Shown here piece after piece: positions 1-11,596 of a stretch of DNA of 64,000 nt. The translations under genes were made by a program, and so were the position numbers. How positions within the stretch are numbered: position 1 is the stretch's first letter; the number at the start of each line of letters is the position of its first letter. Origin of the DNA: Ginglymostoma cirratum (lineage: Eukaryota); contig JAHRHZ010000285.1 of assembly GCA_024137785.1 (NCBI GenBank), positions 62,001 to 126,000 of the forward strand, in the 5' to 3' direction. The notes beneath the pieces were generated by a model that saw only the letters and a list, made by a program, of their open reading frames with translations, was not told the DNA's origin and made no database searches.

Positions 1-2528
1 CAGCCTCTGCAAGATACAGGTCGGGACGCCAGACTCCAACAGCAGCACTCTTTTTGGCAGGTTTAATGACAAAGCCAGGATTAGATCTGAGTGCATGGAG
101 TGCAGTCAGTTCGGAGGGAGATAGGTTGGATTTGGTGAGGGGGGCACAGAAATTCAGGTGACTAATATCACGTCGACCGTTCTCAATGAACAGATCGAGT
201 ACACCTCCATCCCCAGCTTAACGAATTTCGGGCACGACATGACGCCGAACTCTTCTTCCACTGTCTTCGTTATTTATGCCTGCTGTATTTTTATATGTCC
301 CCTCTTAATGTCCTCTAGTTTAATGAAAACATTCCTCCAACTGCTCAATCTCTCCTCCAATCTAAAACTTGACTGCCCAGGCAACAGGTTGCTTTTTTCG
401 TTTGCACACTCTCCAGTGCTACCACATTCATCCAAGAATGTGTAAAACATCTTTCCTCAATTGTCCTTAAGAAGGAGGTGCGAGTTGCTTTCTTGAAAGT
501 CTGCAGTCTGTACGTTGCAGGTAGACAGACAATAATGCTCAGGAGGGAATACTAGACTAATAACCCAACAACAGTGGTGAAGATGCGATCAGTTTCCATG
601 TAAGGATGGTAAGTTTCTTGAAGGGGAACATGCAGGCAATGGTGTTCCCATGTGTCTGCGACACTTGTTCTTAAATCTGGAAGTGATCGTGGGCTTGGAC
701 GTTTATGCTTGAGGATCGGCGATGAATTTCTGCAGTCTGTCTCATAGATAATACACACTGCTTCTACGGAGCAGCAGTGAGGCAGGGGGAATCGATTCAT
801 ATGTAATAGCTGAGAAGGTAATTGAAAAGTAGATATATGGAGTCTATTTTCCATTATTCATATGGAGAACACATTGCTATACGTTAGGATATGCTTTACA
901 ATGGAGGAGAAAATTGCATTGAGGGTACAAGTGTATGACTTGGATATTTACCAAATTGCAGTGATGCATCTCCGGGATTGATTTGGGATGTTGGTTGTTC
1001 TTCATGCAAATAATCAAATGAACTCTTGAGGGTAGTTATTTTTGTTGAAATAAGCAATAAAGTTTAAGAAATTGTTTTAGATTGTCTGCGAGGCCTCTTA
1101 ATATTTAGCTGAATTAAAGGCACAGCCTATCCTCATTTGCCCACAACAGTTGGTGTCCCTGGGTGGGCTTCGAAAAGTAATCCCCTTAAGTTGCTCCAAA
1201 GCCGAACCTACCAGCCTTGCATTCTCAAAAATCCAGCTTGACACTGAAAAAGATGGAAGCTATCCCGTGTGATGACTAGAATTCAGTTGGGTGGATGAGG
1301 ACAGATGCAATCGAAGCAACGTTTTTTTTTTTCTCTGACTTTATCAGAATATTTAAAGTCTGAGATTGTTGAATTTGGCATTTAACCTGTACTTTGAAAT
1401 CATGGCAGTCTGAGTTGGAGAAGTTGGTTAAGAAATATTCGAATATGAATTTGTTGATGTGGAGAGAATATTGTGAAGTTTGTGATGTTATGACCCTGGG
1501 GCATTGCATGGACTAATTCCAGTTGGTGATTGGTTTAGGATGAACCCGGATGCTATTCAGTTCAGGGTGGGGAATGATTAGAATCCCAGTCTGGGCACAC
1601 CTTCGCCATATTTGGACAAAGGTCCTCTGTGCCCTCTTTTCTCAGTCCCCTGCATAGCCAATTTAAAAACTAAAATTTAATGAAAATCCAACAACATAAG
1701 TGAGCATAAAGGTAATAGACCAGTAATTGGTCCATAACAAGGTGTTGTGAGAAATGAAACGGACAAACATCAGAATTTGAAATTCAGTAATTCAACAGAG
1801 TGCTTAAGCACTGGAGTCAGCAATGAGAAGGTATACCTCCTGGAGCATCAATGCGGTGCAACGGGCTTTTCTGATATTCCTTAGACTTAGAGACTGTGAC
1901 GGGAACTTAGTGAAAGTTGTGTCCCGACCCCAGTGAATTTCCTTATCCCTGTGACCAACTGAGAGAGAGCGAGAGAGTGAGTGAGAGAGAGAGAGAATAA
2001 AAAGGAATGAAATGCAGCTTTGACCCCAATTGTTGATTTGTCTGCTTAATTAAGGGCGCCTGGGTGAACGAGCTTTTCAGTTAACAATTGGGTCAAAGTT
2101 TGTGAACAGAATATTTCCAGCCCAACGAGTACAATTTTTGGAAGAACATCATTCAGATTTAAGATCTATGTAAATGATAATCTGCATATTAGAGGATGCA
2201 ACCTTCATTTTTTCTTTCAAACTTGAGATAAAATGTGGAACTGATTGTTGAAACTGTATTGCTGGTTGACACAAGTGAAGTAGACGAGTGAACAGCAATG
2301 ATCTCTTGTTTCGTGGAGAAGTTAAGGCATTAGAAGTGACTTAAAGGCAGGAATTATCATTGGCAAATATATGTTCCTGCTTCTCTTTCAAAAACTGGGA
2401 AATTATTGATTCTACTCCTACTGATTATACTGTGTTCCTTAACTGTGCAATAAGCGTTAATACGTCTCTTCACATAGCATAACAAGCAAAACAAACCAAG
2501 TTTCATTTGTCTGTGATTCAAATAACTG

Positions 2529-2591
2529 TAATTAATGATGCTGCCAGTGCAACCTAATTGAGCGCCTAGGGGATTAATGAATTTAAATAAA
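2529..2591 (+). promoter_or_regulatory. Candidate proximal promoter of GPCR paralog 1 (homeodomain-type TAAT cores, O/E-like site, TATA-like)
   Basis: TAATTAATGA 2529, CTAATTG 2554, GCCTAGGGGA 2564, TTAATGA 2574, TTTAAATAAA 2582; these lie 80-140 nt upstream of the ATG. Motif inspection only. Confidence 0.3.
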
Positions 2592-2670
2592 GGATCACTT
2601 TCAGCACATCAGCCACATTTTTGACAGTCAGAATATTTCAATTTACAAATTATTCTTTCATTCTCAGGGG

Positions 2671-3762
2671 ATGGAAGAAGCAATTCTTTTATTGATTAAA
2701 GAGATTTACTACCCAATTCTTGCGATTATCAGTGTACCTGGTGAGCTATTGTAACATGCTTGTTGCAAGGACTTTTAACTGTCTCCATGCGCTTTTCACC
2801 TATTTGATAAAATAAGTGTATTTGTGTGTCACCCACATGATGAAACACTAATTATTTAATCTCTTTTCATTTCAGTGAACTTAATGATAATTGTGATACT
2901 TTCCCGTGGAAACTGTGGTCTTTCTAAATGTATCTCAATATACATGCTGGCTATGGCAACAGCCGATCTACTGGTCATAATAATCAATGTAATGGTGTAT
3001 CATATTTTCAGTTATAACTTTCCATTTTCATTTCTATACTATACTTCTGTGTGTAAATTAATTCTATATCTTGCTGCTGTCACACTAGATTTGTCAACCT
3101 GGTTCACTATTTTCTTCACATTTGACTGATTTGCTGTTATCTGCTGCTGGAAGTTTAAAGCAAGATATTGCACTGAGAGGACAGAAACTGCGGTTATAAC
3201 ATTTCTCTCTTTGTTGACCTTATTCAAGAACATCCCATGCTTCTTTGCTTTTAGTCACGAGAAAAAAATCGACAAGGTGTATTGGGGGTGCCAACCCAGT
3301 GGAGCTTTCTTTTCTTCATCCATTGGAGCAATATTAATCTGGTTTCACGCAACTTGGGGAGTTTGGCTTCCTTTTACTTTAATCGCTGTGTTTAATTTTT
3401 TGACAATTAGGCATATTTCATTGGCAAGTTGAGCCCGAAGGATACTCAAGTCTAACATAGCAGGGAGAAAGTGTAATGCAGAAATAGAGAATCGAAGGAA
3501 ATCGATCACGTTACTCTTCACTGTATCAGGAAGCTTCTTACTGCTGTGGCTGACAGCAATCGTTAGTTTTGTAACCACCAGAATAGTAAATGTTAATCCT
3601 TACAGAGGAGACCGCACAAACCCTGAATGTATTGCAACTGAAATAGGAACTATGTTGAAGTTTTTGAGTTCCTGTCCAAACACTTTTATTTACGTAGCAA
3701 CCCAGAAGATTTTCAGAGAAGAGTTGAAAAAGATGCTGCGATATCTCAGGCATTGGATTTAA
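2671..3762 (+). pseudogene. GPR139/GPR142-like class A GPCR paralog 1 (exon1 2671-2740, intron 2741-2875, exon2 2876-3762); two in-frame TGA stops
   Basis: Exon1 MEEAILLLIKEIYYPILAIISVP-g|GTGAG; acceptor ttcAG|tg at 2875. Exon2 reads in one frame: VNLMIIVILSRGNCGLSKCISIYMLAMATADLL...TFD*FAVICC...KNIP...AS*ARR...RRKSITLLFTVSGSFLLLW...LSSCPNTFIYVATQKIFREEL..TAA 3760-3762. TGA at 3127-3129 (DRF motif) and 3430-3432. Confidence 0.9.
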
Positions 3763-4408
3763 GGTTTGTCAAAACATTACGGCAATATCGTCTTGTGCGC
3801 AAATCCATCGGATTTAACGTTGTTATTATCGCAGTTTGAGGTGAAAATTTTTCATGTGCCAATTACGTTACTTTTTTCAAGTATCAGCAACTGGTGAAAA
3901 TATTATCATTGGGGCCTTCTTGGAGAGACATGAAAAAAAGTAGAATCGTAATCAGGAAAATGTCTGTTATTTAAGAAAATCTAGCACGTATTTCGGAAGA
4001 GTATTTGGCTTCTGAGTAACTTCCTGAAAGTTTTGTTTCATGTAACTTTTTTTAATCATGTAGATTGGTGGTATTAAAGTGGTGATCAAGAAATTCAGAA
4101 CTGTTTATGTAAAGTGAAACACAACTGACTTATCTTGAAATGTGGAGCTAATAGAATGATGAGCTCAAGAGCAACAGACGTACGAACTTAGCCCAATGAT
4201 AGGAATCTGAAAGTAGCTGTTGCACGTTACTACTTTTAGTTTTAGAACAAAGCAAAGTTTTAGAGTTATACCCAGTAGTTCGTAGTCTGACTGCAGTTTC
4301 TCACGGTACATACAAATGTTATCGACCTTCGTGTGCAGGATGCAATTTTCAATTCTGCAGACGATAAGAGAATGGGAATTGTTAGTAACTGTGAGCAATA
4401 TAGAGTCG

Positions 4409-5040
4409 TGAAGGAGCCCCTAGCCACCACCCAGCCACAAACCCCTGTGACACTACACACAAACACGTAGTCAGGGTATCCTAGGGGTAGGATGGAAAAT
4501 GAAGACACCACCCAGTAACTAAAACTTAAAGACTGCTCCGTTCTGACTCAGAAGCCAGGACGTGACGTTTAGTAACCACAGGATAGGGAACTGTGGAAAC
4601 GTCTATGTTGAGACTGTTTAATTTAGGCTGAGTAGTAATGAGTTGAAATAATACATGACTAGGAACACGAAGTTGGGAAACTTTAGATTTATGATATAGT
4701 GCATATTGCTGTAATTGCAACCTGCCTTTCCCTAATCTGAGAAGTCACGTAGGATAGATAGCAAAAAGCTGGGGCTCGCAGTATCCGTACGCTGTTATCT
4801 TCTCCGCAATCCGCTTCAATTAATGTATGTATGGCTACCTAAGTAATGACCTTGCCTTGCTAAAGCACAGTACAATCGCAGTTTATTTTAACTTGTTTAA
4901 TCAGAGCCTCCCTGACCGTCCTGTGAGACGGTACTTTGGAGCTCTCTTTGTTGTAATCGATTGCAAGCTTGAATAAAGAAGTGCTACCACTGAAGCAAAT
5001 CCTCGTGGTGTGTCTTTTAGAGTTCTAAAAGATCCCCACA
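4409..5040 (+). repeat. ERV 5' LTR (632 bp)
   Basis: TGAAGG...CCCCACA; AATAAA at 4972-4977. Aligns end to end with 10957-11596 (about 12% differences by manual count). Confidence 0.95.
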
Positions 5041-5043
5041 GAT

Positions 5044-5061
5044 TGGCGTTGCGAGCAGGGT
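5044..5061 (+). promoter_or_regulatory. ERV primer-binding site, tRNA-Ser-like
   Basis: TGGCGTTGCGAGCAGGGT lies 3 nt after the LTR. It matches at 16/18 the complement of the vertebrate tRNA-Ser(TGA) 3' end (TGGCGCAGCGAGCAGGGT, recalled from memory). Confidence 0.75.
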
Positions 5062-5272
5062 GCTCCGTCTGAGTCCACCAAGGTGCATCGACTATTGGGA
5101 TGATTATGTTATTTTCCCACTCTGTTATCTTAGAATAGGCATATCTCTAGTATTGACTCTGTAAATCACGGCACCTGACCGAAATTCCTTAACCGTGGTC
5201 AGACCTGGAAGGACCTGACTGCCGGGTAGCCCCCGGGTAATAAGTGCACAGTAAGTTTATTAATATGGCAAT

Positions 5273-5530
5273 GGACTGACACTTGATAGACAAGAATAGA
5301 GGTTTTAAGACGTCGACGGACTGACCCTTAATAAGCAAGAATAGAGCTATTAAGTGGTAGACGGGCTGAAACTTAATAATTAGAAAAACAAATCCATTAA
5401 GAGGTCGTTGGACTGACCCTTAAAAGGCAATAACAGAGTAATTAAGAGGTCGACGTACTGAAACTCAATAATTAGGAACAGCCATTCAGAGGTCGACCGA
5501 CTGACCTTTAATAGGCAGGGAAAAGAGCTG
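5273..5530 (+). repeat. Tandem array of ~43-47 bp units in ERV leader
   Basis: Units begin at 5273, 5318, 5363, 5410, 5455 and 5498, with shared core TTAAGAGGTCGACGGACTGA(C/A)(C/A)CTTAATA. Confidence 0.85.
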
Positions 5531-6479
5531 GGCTAACGGATAAGCATAGGTAGACGGACTTACCTAACAACAGGTCATGGCTAATGGAGAGGAAGGATGG
5601 GGTCCCGGAGGATCCATCCTGCAAACAGTATTCATAAGTAACAAAGAGGGAGAGAGAGCGAGACCGATCTCTGTGCTCGCTCACTGAATCTTGTAGATGA
5701 GTTAACTCTTTGTGGTCTGGTTTGAATGCACCTTTGTTTGTTGATTGCTAAATGTTGTCTTGTGCAACTTGTGTGCTTTTGTTTCCTAGAACTCGAGATT
5801 TGGGGATGCTTTGAAATTAGTTTGCGTTTTGGGAATGTATGGTGATTTAAATGCGTGGTGTGCCTGTGTAAGTATGGGTTATGTATGGTTAATGAGATGT
5901 CTGTTTAAGAAACTCTCAGGGGTTGTGCAAAGCAAAAGTCTATAATGAAATGTTGATTTAAAAGGTTAGTTCGTAAAGCTTAGTAAAAATGTATCTTTTA
6001 GAATTGGCTCTGTATTGCTTTTGGACTTTGGGTCAATTTTAATTTCAAAAATTACCATGTTTGGAATTTCACTTACTGGCCAGAAATGAACTTCTAAAAA
6101 CTGTTATAACACATGAGTATGTATTTAACTCCGGATGATAAGATTTGCTCGTTGTAAAGGTACCATGATGTGGAAGTATGCAAGTAATAGGAAATTTAGA
6201 ATCTTGGGAATGCAATTCTCTTTGAACAAAATTCTGATATGTTCTAAAATCTGCAAAAAGCTGATAGATGATTAGAAAAGGCAAACTTAACAGAGGAGGT
6301 GGTTCAATACTAATTGAACCATTCTGCTTGACATGAGATAATGGATGCTTTCTCAGAAATTTCAAGTCCATGTATGATTGTATTTTACCGCGACTGAGTG
6401 AAGTAATCTGTAGACAGAGAACTGTAGGATTTAAAAAACACACAAATTGACAAAGTACTCAACTTGGCAACGAAAGCAG

Positions 6480-8591
6480 AAAATAACCAAGACAATGATG
6501 AGAAAAAAGCAGCCGTTGTTAGAGGGTGTGGGTGACGGGACTCAACCAGCTCCCCTCAGCCAACAGATTGAAATAAAAATTGCAGATTGTGTGATCAGTG
6601 CTTGTAAATGTGTGTGCAAAAATACTGAAGATAGCATATTAGAAATTGAGTTGTTGGAACAATTTGGAGCTGTGACCAACATGCAAGAAGCAAAGATTAA
6701 ATGGGATTGCCAGCTTAACTTTGGAACGTCAAGGATTGCATGCTTCCTTAAGTGTATCTGTGCAACAAAAATTGGGTGGGATTGACACCCCAAGAATCCC
6801 TCCTAGACATTAGCAATGATGTGCCCCAAATTATTGAAAGACGTGGAAATGCACAACCACCTAAAAGGCAGTACCATATCAGGCCTGAAGCTGTTAAGGC
6901 AGTTAAAGAAATTATGAAAGATTTCGAGAAACAAGGAGAGAGATGTGATTTTATCCCCATCTTTGGACCTGGAAGAAGAAAAACAGGGTCGAGGTAAGGA
7001 AGAGCCATCAGGGGGCCAGATGTGAAATGCATGTTTGTAGATGGGGCACGAAAATATTCCGATGGTGAGTCCAAAACAGGGTGGGCCGTTGTTAATTTGA
7101 AAGGGGAGCTTTTAACAGGAGGGAGGAGAGAATGATGTAAGGATACTTTCAGTGTAATCCATGACGATATGATGGCATGGGCAAGGTGAAGTTATGTTAC
7201 TTCGAATGGTGGTGTAATCCAGCATAAGAACCTAATCAAGGATCTAGTGGCTGCAGCTACTGAACCAAAAGAGGCAGCAGTAATAAAAGTAAAAGCGCAC
7301 CGTAAGGATGCAACCCCCGAACAGGCCGGAAATGTGGCTGCAGACGAGCACGCCAGAAAGATGCTCGAAAACCCGCAAATCAGCATCATGAAATTGGCCA
7401 AGATACCACACCCCTCGCGGACGATATACACAGCATAGCTGACATACACCAGACCATGACTACAGCAGGAAAACAGGAATGGACGCAATTAGCGGCACAA
7501 CCGGGTTGGACAGTGTTTGGAGAATACCTTAAAAAGACGAAAGTAAGGTTATAGCTCCCCGCTGCATCCAAAACATATTGTTAGGAGTCCATCATGGTAT
7601 AGCACAGAACAGCCGCGAGAAAATTTTGACCCAACTCCTAAAACACTGGTGGTGGCCAGGGATAGGAAGGGACACAGCTAAACACTGTGGGCGGTGTATC
7701 CAATCCGCCCAAACCGAACATGGAAAATCCTGTAAAATAAGAATGGGGTGACAGCACGACCGAAAGGTCCCTGGGTAAAAATGCAGATGGATTTCTAGGA
7801 CTGTTACCTCAGAGCTAGGGAAAACTATACTGCCTGGTAAAAATCGACTAATTCACAAGATGGGTAGAAGCCTACCCCACCCGGGACTGTACAGCTGAAA
7901 GTTTGGCCCACCTTTTAGCCACTGAAATAATATCCCGCTGGGACGTCCCTCAGCAATTGGACTCAGACCAGGGACCATATTTTACCGAGCAATGTATAAA
8001 AGAAATTTGTAAAATGTTGACTGATCGCTCAGAGATTCCACATACCCTACCATCCCGAGAGCTCAGGTTTAGTCGAAAGAACCAACCAAACCCTGAAACA
8101 CGCCCTTACTAAAACCTGCTAGGGCAAGAGTGATAGATGGACGATGGTATTACCAGCAATTCTGATGTCTATGAGGACATCAGCGGACCGGGTGACAGGA
8201 CTCACCCCTTTTGAATTAATGACAGAACGGGCTTTAAAACGGCCCCAAGATCTGATCACGGGAGGGGCAGAGTTAATGAATACTTAAAAAGATCTGTGGA
8301 AGTACATGAGAGAGTTATGGGACAACGTAGACAATGTTATAGAGCAAGCTGGTATTCGACAGCAAGTACGTAACTGGGAACTCCCAAGACTCCCAAGACA
8401 TGGCTACGCCTCCCATTAAACCAGGAGACCGGGTCCTGGTAAAGATCATCCGTGCCAAAGTAGCATTAACCCGTAAATGGTCAGGACCACATGAGGAAAT
8501 TATAACAGGGAGTATTGGAATCCTCGTAAATGAAGCTGGTATAGGGAAGTGGCACCACCCTTCGCAACTGAAAATGTATTATGGAAGCTAA
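6480..8591 (+). pseudogene. pol: ERV pol remnant: protease C-half, RT N-terminus only, partial RNase H, integrase
   Basis: PR-like DSIL.ELLEQFG; RT start PPKRQYHIRPEAVKAVKEIM; RNase H CMFVDG...GWAVV and VIKVKAH...GNVAADEHAR; IN HH..WWPG..C..C, QMDF, FTRWVEAYP, LDSDQG, YHPESSGLVER, GPY/F-like WSGPH...WHHPSQLK. Multiple stops and frameshifts. Confidence 0.9.
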
Positions 8592-8661
8592 ATTATAACC
8601 ATTGTATACTTTTTTGGGACAAGGCTTTGTATTCCCCCCATATTAACATTATATGTTACAG

Positions 8662-10940
8662 ATGCTTGAGCACCTTCCTATGGATCGTGACCGCCTTCGC
8701 CGTTACAGAGCTCCAATGTCACGGCAAGCGTCAACAAGCTGGTCACTGTATTGATAATAAAACCACCCGATAGGATACAGCCTCTGAATTCTACTTCTTG
8801 GGGCCCCAAGATGACTGTAGCGATGGTATCTTATGACTGCAGCCTACTGAAATTCTGGACCTAATTTGTGTCTCTGGACGACCACCACTCAGGTGCTGGG
8901 ACGGGACTAACTGTTATTATGAAGTGTTGAACTATGACTCTTTGACAGCTCGGAGCGGGGGAACAGTTTTGCGCATTTATCATAATGAGGATGGACATGT
9001 GCTCCTACTTCACGCAGACAGAACTTGGATTTATTGTACGATTTTATATAGACCTGACACTGGAACTCGGTAATGCTTTTATATGGAAAAATAAGACATG
9101 AGGCCAAGAGAAACCCGTATGGTTTAGTACTGACAGTAACAATTGTAGCCTCACGTGCTGGCAATGCGAGAGCCAGCAACCCCTCAGACATAGACGAACC
9201 CCAGACGACCCCGACGTAGTTGCAGGACACACACCTTCTACCCCTTAAGGAGTGGGAGAAGATCAACTACACCCAGACCACCCACCACATCACTATTACC
9301 AACAAAACCCCCCACATGTAGCGACACCCAGACACCGCTTAACACATCAATCATGTTACATCCTTGGGGCGTGCTTTTACAAACTCCCACATGGAAAAAT
9401 GTTGAACTTATTATCCAGCTCTTCCCACAGCTGCCCAGTACCCGCACTAAATCCATATCAGAAGCTTTTAAGCTCCTATTCACCGGGGCTGCCGATGGAT
9501 CGCCCCAGCTATGATTGAGAACCATTTACCGGTTTGTCAAGAGCCATTGGCACAAGCGAGACATTGTCACACAGGCAGAGGCTGGGGCAGCATTCAGAAT
9601 GGCAGCAGTGAATGCTGCAGGCGAATCCACTCTCCAGGAAGAAATCGACACCCTCAAGGCTAATCTAAAGATTTTGCTTCTCCAGAGTGGACATAACAAC
9701 TTGCAGACCACTAAATTGACTAAGCAAGCTAATGGCCTATTTTTGACGAGCCTCCAGATTGGAGTGAGAATAGAACAAACATTGAGTAAATTGATGGACA
9801 TCCTACAAAACCAAACCGAAGAGGTCAAGCATGCACCTATCTGCGCACTAACAGCAGCCAACTCCCTGACAACCTGGAGGCTTGGATTGGAAGCCCTCAC
9901 CAAGAACCAGTTATCTGAATGGATAGCCGATGACGACCTCCGAAACATGAGTATTAATGCCTTCCCTCACACTCGCGACCTCATTGAAGTATACACCCAC
10001 GCAGACCCAGAATGGGCTTCTCTCAATATGGGCCCTGGTGTACGATAATGTCACTCATCCAATCTATCAGACGCAGGATGTCGGACTCTACCAAAACATC
10101 ACAATTCATGAACTAGCCTCGAAACCTGAATATGTCACACAGGGAGATGGGATGTTCTACGCGGTAAACCTGAACTGGTGCACTAAATCAAAACACCTTC
10201 TTCTGTACTACCCTACAGGAATCGACGAAGAATGTGTGGCATACATCACTGGGACCTCTCTTGTCCTATGGTCCCGAACGATGCAGAATCCCAGTATGGA
10301 CAAGTTGGGGATCAGACTTATGTGACATCCATCAACATGACCTACTTTGTCGGAAACCGTCATTGCTCACTGCAAAACCACGCGGTTTCTCTTCACTAAC
10401 CTGACCAAAGAAATACGGATCGGGAACCATACTGTCAGACGGCCACCAAGGCAGGACATAACGTCTTTTGCAGCAAGCCTAAATCTCACCTGCTCAACCG
10501 GCATATTACAGCTGCCAGATGAGATGCCACCGGAGCTCCCCCGATCCACGAGAATCGGCAGCAGCTAATACAGGTCGAACAACACATCATTGAAGAGTTC
10601 TGCAAGCAGCAGAAGAAAGATGAACGCGACATCAACGAAACAAACAAGGTTCTCAGGCAGACGAATATATTTTTCCGCATTTGAAACTGGAGGATGAATG
10701 TCCAGGTGCACACTTGGATCTGGATTGCCTCACGTATGGCTGTCGTTGCACAGTGCCTCATACTCTTGATCTTATTGATCGACACTTGTTGCCTTAGAAG
10801 AATCCTACGTAAGCAAAGAAGATGTGAAGAAATGGAACCCCTCTTGAAACGATTCAAATACCCAAGACCGCAAGGGCACACTGCAATAGCACTCCAGGTG
10901 GTATCACACTATAAATGTCCCTTGGCACATGTGGCCATGG
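8662..10940 (+). pseudogene. env: ERV env remnant
   Basis: Splice-acceptor-like gttacAG at 8661 and signal-like LSTFLWIVTAFAV. Cleavage site (W/R)HKR|DIVTQAEAGAAFRMAAVNAA ends at 9559. It is followed by a heptad region, a Cys/N-glycan-rich segment, and TM anchor WIWIASRMAVVAQCLILLILLI then RRILRKQRR. Stops and frameshifts are present. Confidence 0.8.
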
Positions 10941-10943
10941 GCC

Positions 10944-10955
10944 GAAAGGGGGGAA
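10944..10955 (+). promoter_or_regulatory. ERV polypurine tract
   Basis: GAAAGGGGGGAA immediately before the 3' LTR TG at 10957. Confidence 0.9.
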
Positions 10956-10956
10956 C

Positions 10957-11596
10957 TGAAGAAACCTCTCGCCTCCACCCAGCCACAAACCACTATGACA
11001 CTACACACAAGCACGTAGTCAGGGTATCCTAGGAGGAGGATGGAAGATGAAGAAACCACCCCAGTAATTAAAACTTAAAGACTGCTCCGTTCTGACTTAG
11101 AACCCAGGCCTTGATGGTTAGGAACCACAGGATAGGGAATTGTGGAATACGTGTATGTTGAGACTGTTTAATTTAGGCTGAGTAGTAATGAGTTAAAATA
11201 ATACATGACTAGGAGCACGAAGTAGGGAAACTTTAGCTTTATGAGACAGTACATATCGCTGTAACTGCAACCTGGCTTTCCCTAGTCTGAGAAGTCACGG
11301 AGGATAGACAGCAAAAAGCTGGGGCTCAAGCATCTGTACACTCTTATCTTCACCACTTCCTCTTCAATTAATCTATGTCTGCTTGCCTAAGTAATGAACT
11401 TGCCTTGCTGAAACACAGTACAATTGCAGTTTGTTTTAATTTGTTTAATCAGAGCCCCCCTGACCGTTCTGTCAGACGGTGTCTTGGAGCTCTCCCTGCT
11501 GTAATCGGTTGCAAGCTTGAATAAAGAAGTGTTACCGCTGAAGCAAGACTCTGGTCCTCGTGGTGTGTCTTTTAGTGTTCAAAAAGACCCCCTACA
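10957..11596 (+). repeat. ERV 3' LTR (640 bp)
   Basis: TGAAGA...CCCTACA followed by TSD AGTCG; AATAAA 11520-11525. Confidence 0.95.

Larger units (their letters stand above)
4409..11596 (+). mobile_element. Endogenous retrovirus provirus, internally deleted and decayed (class III/SnRV-like or lokiretrovirus-like)
   Basis: Two homologous TG..CA LTRs, identical 5-bp flanks AGTCG (4404-4408 and 11597-11601), PBS, PPT, and pol (PR/RT/RNase H/IN) and env remnants in retroviral order. Confidence 0.95.

Noticed and set aside
1-800. Short ORFs at the window start
   Set aside because: No recognisable protein motifs; probably reverse-strand LINE debris that I cannot classify confidently.
3127-3432. 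Selenocysteine recoding or an alternative genetic code for the in-frame TGAs
   Set aside because: The positions align with Arg, not Cys. No SECIS was recognised, and CGA is used normally in the same genes.
5273-5530. Repeat-spacer pattern resembling a CRISPR array
   Set aside because: Eukaryotic ERV context, no cas genes, and spacers homologous to each other.
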